DNA from: Lingula anatina
Taxonomy: Eukaryota > Animalia > Brachiopoda
Direction: 5' to 3'
Assembly: GCA_051362555.1 (NCBI GenBank)
Contig: CM120640.1
Span: 52,740,788 to 52,804,787 of the forward strand
DNA: 64,000 bases
Part shown: one piece after another, positions 37,101 through 50,200 of the stretch
Layout: every line of letters begins with the position of its first letter
Numbering within the stretch: the first letter of the stretch is position 1
Position numbers and translations under genes: made by a program
The notes under the pieces: generated by a model
Databases searched by the model: none
What the model saw: the letters and a program-made list of their open reading frames with translations, nothing else
What the model was told of the DNA's origin: nothing

Positions 37101-40100
37101 TATATTTTTTAATGTTTTCCAAATAGCTGTCAACTCCTGTACATCACCCAGTCATTCAAACCAAATAAAACCAACTACAACTAAAAGAAACATCATATCT
37201 ATGACCCATTTAAAAAGAAACGGACCCCCAAGCAAACATGCCATATGCTTCAATCCATACAGAACTGTCAAAGCAAATCCTTCAGATAGCAAATATTTGT
37301 GTTATAGCAAAAAATCCAAAATTAAATTTTAAAAGCACACAAATAATTCTTTGCAAAATTTTAATTAAAACATTTCTGTATTTTAATTACAGAGTAAAAA
37401 AAAGCAACGTTTAGATTTTGTGACCAATTTTGATATTGCAAATGATTTTTTTATTTTGACTTTTTAATTTCTTATGTTTTCCTTCATCTCAAATACTGAA
37501 ATCAAAGGAAGCGTTTGCATGCAGTCCCGAATACCCTTATCCTATAATGCTAAAAACATTCAACTGGGATCTTTGAATATAATGGGGATCAGACAGGAAA
37601 ATGCAATGGTCTACAAGAATATATATATGCGTAAAAACAAAGGTACATGATCTAGCCAATATGCTTTTTGTGGGATATCTAGCAAGATAAATTCAAAATC
37701 CAAGCACTGGGCAGCATTACAGACTTGGAAGCCGAAGATGTCCATACACATATTTATCCCGAGTCACTTTAATGAACAATTTTGGAAAGGTGTTAGGTGT
37801 TCCTAATATCTTGAACATGTTATTGTGCCATATCTTATAAATTGTATGCTAGGTTTTCTTGTGTGTTAATGGTTACCATGTGCTAGATGTGCAATTGTTG
37901 GTGTTTCACTCTTATCATCCAGCCTATGAGCTGAACATTTAGTATGCTGACTGTAAAGTGTGTTCCAATGTGTTAGGTGACCTAGTGTGTTACAGGTGTC
38001 ACTGTGCTGGTTGTACCAGGATGTTAAGATGTGGCCTAACATTTACCTTGCTGCCAGCATATGGGGTTGGAGCATGCCAATAATACACAGGATTCAGTCC
38101 TGCAACTTCTGTATTATCATGATCAACTGTCAGGCGACCATTTTCTAGACTGGGGACAACATATTTCTTTCCTCTCAAATCTGTCACTCTCCAGCCTTCC
38201 AGACTGGAAATCTGAAAAGATGAGTATAATTTATAACAAGGCAGCAAAGCTGTCAAATGTACAGACAAAAAGCAGGAAATAACAAAATAGGCTACTGTCA
38301 ATTCTGATGCAAAAGTACATTATGTTAAACTGCAAATTCAACATCAAATTCTAATTATGCTCAACAGGTAATACCAATGTAAGTAAAATGTGTAACAAAC
38401 ATAAGGCTTCAGGCCCATGGGAGTTCAAGTTCACCCTTTGAAAATGTAAAACTTCCAGAAAAAGATGTCAATTAGACTGCTTTTCCAACTCAGGCTGCAT
38501 TTTAGTCCTGTATTTCTTTTTTGAAAGTTTGGCAATCATAAGTAACATGGTTTTCCCATAATGGTCATCATGGCAGCAGCACCCAAGATTGTGTTTTCTT
38601 CTATTCTGATGTAATATTACATAATGGTTACCAGCATAATGACCATCAATTTTTAATAATAAAATATACGTATCATGGATTTTCAGAAAATGTGACAAGC
38701 ATGGGTCTTCAAGCCTGTGGAGCTTCAAAGTCACACCTTGAATATGCCAATATGTGAAAAATTAAAATTTCACAAAAAAAATGTTTAACTGGCAGATTGC
38801 ATTGCCTACTGAAGCTATATTTTAGTCCCATGTTTCTTTCCTGTAAGTTTGAGAACAGTAAGTGACATGGTTTTTCTTAAATGGTCATCATGGGAGCAGT
38901 GCCCAAAATAGGTTTTTTTCAAATTTTGATGCAATATTACATAATGTTTAACAGCATAATGACCATCAATTTTTAATAATAAAATGTGACTAGCAAAGGT
39001 CTTCAGGCCCATGGAACTTCAGAGTCACAACTTGAAAATGCCAAAATGTAAACAAGACAGCACTGTTCTGAAATGTTTTTTTTTCTCCATTTTTAACAAT
39101 TTTTAACATAAAACAAAATTAACAGTTTACTGCCATTTTTATATGATCAACTAAAAAAATTGATGAGATGGGAAAAATATCAATAGAACAGTGTTAAATG
39201 TCCAATTTCCTCCATTCTGAGATTCTGAACATAGTGAATGATTGAATCTGACAAACTGCAATGATATGAGTTTATTTCCATTTTTGAAACTTTATTACAC
39301 TATACACGATAACAAATTAACCATCATTTTTACAAAATCAACTAACAATGTTGTAAAGATGCAGGAAATGTCAAACAAACACTTTTAATATCTTATTAAT
39401 TAAATAATGAAACTGTTAACATGCCTAAGAATTGAATCTGAGAAAATGTGAAAAAACAACATAACTTCTAAAATAATGGCCCGATTATGCTGATCTTTTA
39501 ACTCAACCTGTGTTTAGAAGGATTGACCACTCCTGTGAGTTTAATGACAATTGGCCTATCTGTTTTTCTTATATTGTGTTTACAGTGTTGCATATATGCT
39601 GAAAAGTGAAAAAAAAAGCATAACTACTAAAATAGTGGCCTGATCATGCCGATTTTCTAACTTGACCTGCGTTGTAGTAAGATAGATTACTCCTGTGAGT
39701 TTCATGACAACAGGCCAATCGGTTTTCCTTGGAATGTGTTTACAGTGTTGCATATATGCTGAAAAGTGAAAAAATTAAGCATAACTTCTACAATAATGAC
39801 CCGATCATGCTGATTTTCGAACTTGACCTGCATTTTATGAATATTCATCAGCTCTGTAAATATAAAGCCAAAAAGTAAAGCTGCCTTCCACTTATCGTGT
39901 TTACAATGAAAGTGCACGGCGCCGGCGACGGCGATGACGGAGACGACAGACGCAGGTGATGGCAATATGTACAGACACATCTATATATATTTACTGTACT
40001 GTTTGAGAACAGTAAGTGACATGGTTTTTCTTAAATGGTCATCATGGGAGCAGTGCCCAAAATAGGTTTTTTTCAAATTTTGATGCAATATTACATAATG

Positions 40101-41222
40101 TTTAACAGCATAATGACTATCAATTTTTAATAATAAAATATTAGTATCATGGATATTCAGAAAATGTGACTAGCAAAGGTCTTCAGGCCCATGGAACTTC
40201 AAAGTCACAACTTGAAAATGCCAAAATGTAAACAAGACAGCACTGTTCTGAAATGTTTTTTTTTTTTTTTCATTTTTAAAAATTTTTAACATAAAACAAA
40301 ATTAACAGTTTACGGTAATGTGCCATGAATTTCGAACAGTAAAAAATAATTAAATTTGGGAAAAGATCGTTCTGGCCGAAATTCATGAAATGGAGGTGCT
40401 CAGAACTTCCGAAAGTTCGAATTTCATGGAATTCTGTCAATTTTGACCGGAAGTTGTCTGTTCGTCGATAGGCCTTCTGTTATCTTCTCCCGACGATCTA
40501 TTTAGAGTTACCATAATGTATGATGTGTGAATGTCGGTAATTGCGACCAAAGGTATACACGTACTTTCACCCGATCACTGTGTATGGCCCATAGATAGAG
40601 CGGTACTGTTGTCTAGGGCCGCAAAACAGCATCGTTATCAGTAGTGTCGTTTTTCAAAAGCGATTCTGGCAGCCAGAAACAAGTGTCGTTTTTCAAAAAC
40701 GATCCTGGCGCTCAGAACGGGAGTGAACGAAGGGAGAGACGGCCGACGATTAGCGTCTGCCACGGCCAGATAACCTTTACTATGGAAGCTTAGTGTTACC
40801 GTTGCTCCTTTCCGTGCACTGAAACTGAGACGACAGCCGATCAGTGTCTATGGCGCACGTGCAGGTAGCCTTCATCTGCGATAAGTGTCTTCCGCGACCA
40901 GGTTCGTTGCCTTTGCCATTTAAGTCGGGCGGAGCTTTACGCGCGAATGCGTCCTCATCTCGCCGTTCGCGGGTAGGTGTCTCCGGCGCATACGTAGCCT
41001 TCCCTGCAGAAGCCGGCCTCGGCACTACGGCCTCTCCTCCGTGCGGGGAGGCCACTACGACCGCAGATCGGTATGTGCAGCGCACAGGTAGCCTTAGCCA
41101 CGGCAGCCGAACTGTGTATTACGGTCTCTCTCCGTCGTGCGCTGCGACCAAGATGACCGCTGATTGTTGTCTGCGATCAAATATACTAGGTTTGGGGGGG
41201 GGGGGGGGGGGGGTGCAGGGCC

Positions 41223-41260
<38 letters not shown>

Positions 41261-44200
41261 CTCGCTCAGGCAACCCAATCTTAACCAGCAGCAGCAACCG
41301 ATTTCCTGGTGCATAGTTGCGTCAATGTACGCATTTGAAAAGCGTGTACGTTTTGTCATTGAAACCATCTTCAAACAAACGCAAGAGATAGGTAATCTAG
41401 AGTAAACCGAAAAGGCAGCTTTTATATTCGTTCAAGGGACTGGAAGATCGTCAATGGGAGATAGTGAGCGATCTGAGCGCGACAATAAGCCAATTTCCAC
41501 ACTAGTTCCACACTAGACTTCGTTACTATATTCGTCAGCAAGAGATCGTCAGCGATCCGAGCAAGCATAGAAGCTTGGACTTTTTGTCCATGCTAGAAGG
41601 CAATTTTCATGTAGTCAGCAGGATATGGTTTGCTGGTTTGCGACAGGGGCGTAACCAGGCATACGCACGGATACACTGTAATTAGAGGGTAAAGTGCCCT
41701 TCAGCTCACAGGTAGCTTTTGTCTTGAGTGTATCGAACGCGATATTTATCTCAGATAAAAATCTACCAGTGTGTTATTTCAAAGAGCTGCTCCAGCAGAC
41801 CTGGGGGCACTAGATAAATCTGATCATCGGGCTAAACAAGGAGCCAGAGAAACAAAGGAAGATTGATTTTTCCTGCAAAGTTTCAAAGAATTTTGACACG
41901 GACTTGATCCAGCTTAACCCTCCAAACTAACGGGGTGGCATGGGCAATTTTTACAAAATTTCCAAACAATTAAACTTAAATATATTACAATTTTATCCTT
42001 TAATATAATTTTGGGAGGCATGCACCCGCATGTAAGCTGGGTGATGTCAGTAAACCCCTAGTTAAATAAATATACCCTTATGAGCAAGGCTTTTCCCAGC
42101 GAACCGTCCAGCCGTCATTTGGACGGCCGCTGACATCACCGGACGGCCTATATTTTCAAAGACGGCTAGACGGCTTGCGACTTTTTTTTTAATGACGTCT
42201 TGGCTTGTCGGGACAGCCGTGGACGTTGTAAGAAATTTTCTTAGAGTAATTTGACGTACCTAGCTTTTATGATGCGTCACAGATGAAAGGTACTACTTTG
42301 TAGTGTACGCTGATATTCAGTCACGACGAAACTACTTCCTTAAGCTTACAAAACACAATAAAATGTTTCTATGAACTTTAAGATACACATTCCATGCCGT
42401 ATGCAGCAGTGACAAGAGTGACCTTCATGCGGTACAAAACACTAAGCAAACTACAGGCCAATTTGTGAAAGGGGACACCTTCCAGACCTTCATACGCACG
42501 GCAACTGACAAAGCTGATTGACAAAAAGGAAAATTTCAAATTTTCAGCGAGAGCTCGTTCGCAATCCGAGAGAGACCAGGAGGCAATTTTCATATTTGTT
42601 AAGGAGACTTCGTAAGCCAAAGGGCGAGACGAGAACGCAATTTTCGTATCGTCAGCGACGCAATCCGAGTGAAACGAGAAAGCTCACACTCGTTCAGTGG
42701 CTTTCGTTTGCGGCAGATCGTCAGCCGGAGATCATTCTCGATTGTTTTTAACCCTCCATCCCTCCCCATTGGAATTTATAATGTTTAAAAATATTTTTCA
42801 TTTCATTTGTACATTTCAAGGGACTTCATTAGCGGAAGATCGTCAGCGGGAGATCGTGAACGATCTGAGCGAGACAAGAAAGCAATGATGGTAATCTTTA
42901 TTGCAGCTCTTAATATTGCTCTTTTGTTCTGTTACTGAAGTCTCTACTGTTAACAATGCTATTGTGCGCCTCAGCAAAACTACCGATCGCTATCTCACAC
43001 CGAATACTGCGGTAAAGAAACAACAGCCCGACAGTACAACTCTTCATAGATTCTCCTGTTATCTGAATGAATGGATATGACGATGTTGTTTAGCGTCCTA
43101 AACTTACTGTACTGATCGTTATCTTGCACCTTGGGTCGCACACGTAGTACTCAGGTAAAGGTACGCTAGGGCAACATTGCCGACTGTTAGATCTTTATAA
43201 GCGCGAGAATAGCGCGGTGGCCGATTTTAAGGTGTACGAAATTCACGAAATGAAGATCGCGCAAAATTGCTTACTGGCCGAAATTCATGGTCCAGAAAAA
43301 ACTCCAGACGGCCGATTTTAAGATCGTTCGAAATTCAAGAGCCGTTCGAAATTCATGGCACTTTACCGTACTGCCATTTTTATATGATCAACTAAGAAAA
43401 TTGATGAGATGGGAAAAATATCAATAGAGCAGTGTTAAATGTCCAATTTCTTCCATTCTGAGATTCTGAACATAGTGAATGATTGAATCTGACAAACTGC
43501 AATGATATGAGTTTATTTCCATTTTTGAAACTTTATTACACAATACACGATAACAAGTTTACCATCATTTTTACAAAATCAACTAACAATGTTGTAAAGA
43601 TGCAGGAAATGTCAAACAAAAACTTTTACGTATCTTATAAGTTTAATAATGAGACTGTTAACATGCCTAAGAATTGAATCTGAGGAAAAGTGAAAAATAT
43701 GCTGAAAAGTGAAAAAACAGCATAACTTCTACAATAATGGCCCGATCATGCTGATTTTCGAACTTGACCTGCGTTTTATGAATATTCATCAGCTCTGTAA
43801 ATATGAAGCCAAAAAGTAAAACTGCCATCCACTTATCGTGTTTACAAGGAAAGTGCACGGCGCCGGCATCGGCATCGGCATCGCCATCGCCATCGCCATC
43901 GCCATCGGCGACGACAGACGCAGGTGATGGCAATATGTACAGACACATCTGTGTCTGTACATAAAAATACATATAAGAAAGTGATACAACCTTGAATGTA
44001 AAATATATAAAATATATTCCAATTAGACAAAGTCAACACATGTTATTACACTTTTTATGTAACATTTTGCATTTAAAAACACAAGCAGGTTAGCAGGGGA
44101 TGTTGCCTGACTCACATGGGTTACATTTTCAATAAACTCTATCCCTTTAATAAGCCTTAACTCTATTTTTCCCATAAAAACATACAATGATAAACAATCT

Positions 44201-47200
44201 ATTGCTCTATTTAGGTTTTAAATTACAAACACAGATAAGAGCAGAGTTAAAATGCAGACATAAATAAACAGTCACTTTATTCCTAAGCCACAGTGCAGAC
44301 AGCCATAACTGACACTCAAGCCCCTGCAGTCACTTTGCCCTGGTGTCACAAAGCAGTGGACTAACAGTTACAGAGCAGACGACAGACAGTGGGCCCTAGA
44401 GGGGAGACACAAATTGCTAGTAATAACCCTGTAATGAGACTCTTTAGCCCCATTTATTACCATGTTTCCTTTAACTGCTTTTGTCTGTTTAAAAAACAGA
44501 AACCTTACCCACAGGAAATCTAATTGAATTGTAGACAACTTAAATTCAGTAAGGTAAATAAAAGAGAATATTTTGTAAAACATTCTACCCTTCATGACAG
44601 TGAGAACTAGAAATCCAATAAAAGTGCTGGTTTTACATTATCAAAAAATGTCCACTGATGATTTTAAGTATCATTTCAAAAGTCTTTTATTTGTGAGAAG
44701 AGTGAGTATTTGTTGTTGATTTACAGAGCTGACTTGAAAACAAAGAGAGAAGCTCTCAAATAAGTATGACTTCATCACAGTGCATCACCATGGAATATAA
44801 AATTGGGGAAAAATTCTGAACTGGGAAATCATTTTTCTATAGAATCACACTATTTCATGGGGCATGTCTATGAACAACTTATTCCTTACATTTGATATAT
44901 GTAATTTCAAAAATCCTGAAGGATATTCACGAACAATAAATTAACTAATAAAAATGATGCTAAAGGCCATCTTCTGCAGAGAAATTAAAGCTGATCTTTC
45001 ACAATATATGTAATGGATCTTGCATTCAGTTTGTGAATGAACATGGTAAGAGGTGGGAGGAGAATATTGTCCGATAAACCCAGAGGCAAGTGTGTCACCA
45101 GTACCTCTAATAACTACATGTCCTATGATAATACATACCTTTTACTGTCACCTGTCACTGCAATTTATACTTAATGCCAGTGGCAGTGGAAGGGGGTAGA
45201 GACACAGACACCATACTGAGTGAAGCCTGTTACACCAAACAAAATATTTCTCTATTGATATGTTTTAGCTTGGTCATGTCAAGTCACTTCATGGTCAATT
45301 TCAGGGAAGAGGACAGAAGTGAGGACACTCTTCCTAAAAGCCATTTCTAGTTATTTCTTCCTGTTTTATGTTGCTTAACTGAGGGTTCTACTTGTCCTTC
45401 ATCCTATTCAACAGCACATCTGTCAACTATTTATGTGGTGGTGGGGCTGAGTATTTATATACATAATTGTTAAGAGGGTGATAGAGACTTCAACGTCCCT
45501 GCTCTTTTGAAACAAAAATTCATTGAAAGACGAGTTGGGTAAGGGTAAGAGATTTGAACTAGGTGTTATTTTTTTCTAAAACAGCCCCCAACATAAGACA
45601 CTTACTTGTGACTGTCCCCATCCAGCACTTCGACAGTTCTGTGAGATACCAAAGCAGAAACACTGCATGCAGCCTGCAGGATTGCTGGCCTCCATGTTGA
45701 AGAATCCAGGTTTACACTGGTCACAGTTCTCTCCAACTACATTAGGCTGAAAAAAAAAGTGGTTATTTTATAAAAAATGTTTTATTTTTTATTTTCACAA
45801 ATGATCTACATATTTACACTTAAGCGTGTTCAATATACTGCTGAAAAAAAAATTTATTTGCATTTCTTGTCACACTGTTCTGGAAAAAAATGGGCACTCA
45901 CACATACCCACACCACAGTGATCTTCTCTGTGCCATGCAGTATCAACCTTTAAAAAACAACTTAGCACACACATCTGCACAGTCATCTGCTGAATACCCC
46001 CTTGTTTATTGATGACACCTACCTTACAAATACAGTCTCCCTGACAGGTGTCCACATTACGACTGCCTGCCCGACTGCAGGGACAAGGAATACATGAGGG
46101 AAAGTTCTTGTATCCTGATGCACAGCGGTCACAGTTCCTGCCACCAAAACCCACACGGCAGATACAATCACCAGGCATCTGAATAGATTAAGAAAACTTT
46201 AAAGCAACATTTTTTTTAATTATCTAAAAAGAAGCCCTTTTGGGGGTGGGGGGCACAAGTACATAAATTTCCATTTTAAACATTATACTCATTGAGATAT
46301 TAGTATTTTTGCTATTTTTCCTTACTGCTTTCTGTACAAAACACTCTGTACATGTTATGTTCATGATATTTTAATTCTCACCAATCCCTCTCCTCTTCTA
46401 GAATTATCCTGTACACAGGTTCCTGTAGACCCCAGCTGGCTACACTGACATGGCTGACAGGGTTCACGGGGGTCATCAGTGGTCCTGTAATAACCAGCTT
46501 CACACTGCTCACAGTTCACTCCTGTTGTATGGTCCTAATGATTTTACAACATATTTAATACAGATTATCCTGTTGTAGTTAAGAAAAGATGTAATGCAAC
46601 AAATCTAAGGAAAAAATGCATGAAGGGTAAAGGTAATGGTGAATTTTTAACTTTTCATTACAAAGTATTGTGTTGTAGCAGTGATCTTATTTCATCTACC
46701 AATGTCTTAGAAAACAAAATATTTTTATTGACAGATTGTTCGACAAAAGTTATCGAACTACTAGTCTTTTTTCATACCTGTACTGTACATAACATTCAAA
46801 GTCACTAAGTGGTTACTGCAAGTAAATTACTTACCAGTACAAAGTGAAGCAAGACAGCTCATTCAACTTACCCTGCAGTTCATACAGACCCCTCCACCAT
46901 TCTTCTCCCCTGCTATGTTCTGACTCTGCCTGTTGTCAGCAACAGTCTGGTTGTAATAGCATTCATCAGAATGACCAAAACACTGACATTCTGAAATCAT
47001 TAAAATAAAAAGAGAATATTAAACTACATGGTTACTCTCGACAACCATTCTGGGTACTTCAACCTGAATTCTATTTGAACATATGGATGAGACATTCTCA
47101 GCAAAACTCACCCTCACAAAGTGACCTCTGCCTGTAGGTGCCAGGTTTGTATGGCTGCTGGTTAAATTTTGGACAACATTTCTCACAGTTCTTTCCACAT

Positions 47201-50200
47201 GTGTTGTCCTCACAGACACACATCAGTTTCTGGAATTCAACGAAGTCAATTAATATAACAGTGCACAACAAATCATGCCCTAATGATCAAAATAACACAT
47301 GAATGAAATTGTCATAAATATTGTTTTACTTGTGTGATATAGTTCTACTGACTTAAAATAACTAATCTGTTCTTTAACTTTAACTGACTTAAAATAACTA
47401 ATCTTCTGTTCTAAAAAAAAGCAAAATAGAATATGTTTCTACAACACCCATTTTTTTACATTTCTCATACAGCTTTGCATACAGTCCTTTCATACTACAA
47501 AAAACTATATGCTGCCGTTGAATATTTATAAATTTGCATTAAATTAAAAATAGTAAAAACTTTACAACTGTCCTTACCCCTGTGTCAGGACTCCTTGGAC
47601 AACTGCTGGCATGCCCATAGCATTTACACTGTCCTCCAATAGAAATATCTTTGATGGAATAGAAATACTGAAAAGGAAGGGCGAGATTCATATGTACATT
47701 ATATCTAAACAAAATGCATGTAGTCTGTATAAACAATGATGCAAATATAGAATTTTGCAGAAGGTTTCAAAGTATTAATTTGGACCGGGATTTTGTTTAG
47801 CACCTTAACCAAAAAAAGGCATAAATTTGGTGGACATACTATGGGCATTAGCTGGTGGCTGAATAGTATATAAGGACTTGGCTACAAATACGACCTTATC
47901 ACTGTTATTGTCGATGTTTCTTTTTTTTTACACTGTTAATGGCAAACCTTCTCTTTGTGTCATACCATGACAACAAGTTCACTAACCCTCTACTTATACA
48001 TGCAAGCAAAATACCATCTACAATTCAACATGGACAGTTTACGTCCAGGTGATCATATGATAGTACCTGACTGGACATCTAAAACCAGCTAAACCTGGTC
48101 ACTATTGACCACTGGAAGTGGACCAGGGCCACAACAAAGCTAACCTCCTGACCCTGGTCACAGACAGTACAACACATTCTGTCTCCGTGTCTGGCCAGAT
48201 CACAGCTGTCCCCATGCCTAGTATTACTGTCAGCTCCTTTGATGTCTAACTGCTAATATATTTTTTCCTGACAAAATTATGATTTGCAATCATGAGTCAT
48301 TCTTGTATCTACTGAATCTTCTTCGTGCTGTGTATATTCAAACAGCTATTAGGATTCTTTCATGGCAGTCACTTGCTAGATTATTTCATTTCTCTTCTTC
48401 TGCCATTTCTTTATAAATTTCTTTACAGTACTTGACCACTGTAATATCATTTTCCCTTTAAATTATTTTCCCCCTATAAATTTGATTTCAAATAATCACA
48501 ACAAAAACATTAAATAAATCTGCAATTATTTCAACTTGTTGCCTGCACTGGAAAAGAAATGTGAAAGAAAGAGCTGTCATATTGGAGATGACACATACAC
48601 AGAATGGTCAGATATTACTGTAGTGAACAACATCACCATTACTTTCTTTTTCTAATGCAGCAACAAAGTGTCAATCAAACTATCTACAGTGTACCTCCTC
48701 CAATTTCAAATACAATACCAGCATTGAAATACCAATCAAATATTGTTTTCTTTCATAACAAATCAATAAGGGATCTTGTAAGTCCAGCATCATATTATCC
48801 AGGCTAATTATCTTCTCATATCACCATCTGGGTCCTCTTTAAAACAACTGCCTCAGGGGATGTTCTTTTCAGTCCATCTCATTTAAGATTGATAAGTGGA
48901 AGATGGCAAATATGTTCTTTTAAAACTCATTAAAATTATCTGAATCATCTCTAACGTCTTTTTCTTGCGTGTCTTTCAGAACAATGTCTCTTACAATATA
49001 GAGAAGAGAAAAAGTGGAAAATTTTTAACAAAATGATTCAATTCTTTAATGCCATGCCACTTTAGGTGCTGGTCATTAGATATCATTTAGCAGCCACTGG
49101 ACACTGCTTGCTGGTCACTTGACACTGATTCTTTTTTATCTATTGTGTAGATTGTCCTTTACTGAACACCACTAAGAGACAAGTTTAAGTGCAATGATAA
49201 CTTCTTTTGTGAGATATTCATTGTCCATCTTGAGATGACATTTCCACTAACGTGAGATGACATATCCCTTAATGTCCACACAGGTTGAAACAACATTCCA
49301 GAAACCTAACCTTTAACCTGCCATTTGTTCCTGTGGATATGCTGCACTGCTTATTCTGGGGATAAAGTTACTATGCTCTCAGTTTCATAAAATTTTAGAT
49401 TTATTATACCTGAGCTTGAACAAACAAGATGAAGCAGTTTTTATGTACTATTATTTGGCAGTTAAGTGCAAAGAAAGGACAACAGGGGAGAACGAGACAT
49501 AGCAATCAGTCCATCCCAGCTAGTGCCTCAAAAAGTTCAATTGCCTTGAAAAAATTAATGATTGGTTATATCCCATTATAACTGCTCCATACACTTACCC
49601 TCCTAGTGACAGCTTTATCTATTTTGTCTGGGTTGCTTGTTCTAATAGTCATCAGGTCAGCATTCAATGTTCTAATCTTCTGCAGTCTTAGGCGCAAGAA
49701 ACGGGCAGTGGTGAATTCCTACAAATAAACAGTAAGAAGGGTTAAATTGTGAAAGCAACAGGAAGAAGTTCCTGTGAGATTGCAAGATTTCTAAACAGTT
49801 TGAAAAAACTTTTCTAACTGACAGGAATTTATACTAAACTCTTTTCTCCATTCCGTGCTCTTCTCTTAATTAGCTGTTTCACAGAATGAATCATTCTTGG
49901 AGCTTGTGAAATTGGCAACTTTCTTTACAAAATAGGCTTATCCCACAAGATTGTTTATTTTTTCTAAATTGTTTTTATAAAGATTACTTCTTTTCTAATG
50001 CTTGAAGCTTTGAGGCTTTTCTTATACTATTATTGTATTCCTGTGTTCTGTTTATTTCTCTACTTTTTTTTTTTTACTGAGCAAGTTCATTCTGAATTCT
50101 TTCCTGGGTGATCTTTACAAAATCCAAGTTATCCTTGAATTTTGTTTATTACTTTAGTAAAACATTATCAGGGAGCAAAAGACCAGTTTACCAAAAGGAA

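Noticed and set aside
40844-41284. 146-aa plus-strand ORF as a gene
   Set aside because: GTG start, no recognisable domain, and it runs through G/T homopolymers inside a transposon; kept only as cargo in findings
44461-44519. Two tiny AG..GT-bounded segments (11 nt and 24 nt) as possible microexons
   Set aside because: Separated by only 24 nt, one is frameshifting, and there is no laminin-like peptide; expected by chance
45139-45226. AG..GT-bounded 88-nt segment after exon 45606
   Set aside because: In-frame TGA and no homology; at most an unsupported poison exon
48380-48810. Faint hAT-transposase-like peptide ([19 protein letters not shown]) on the minus strand
   Set aside because: Single short match interrupted by stops, and no TIRs seen; needs a TBLASTN/HMM search
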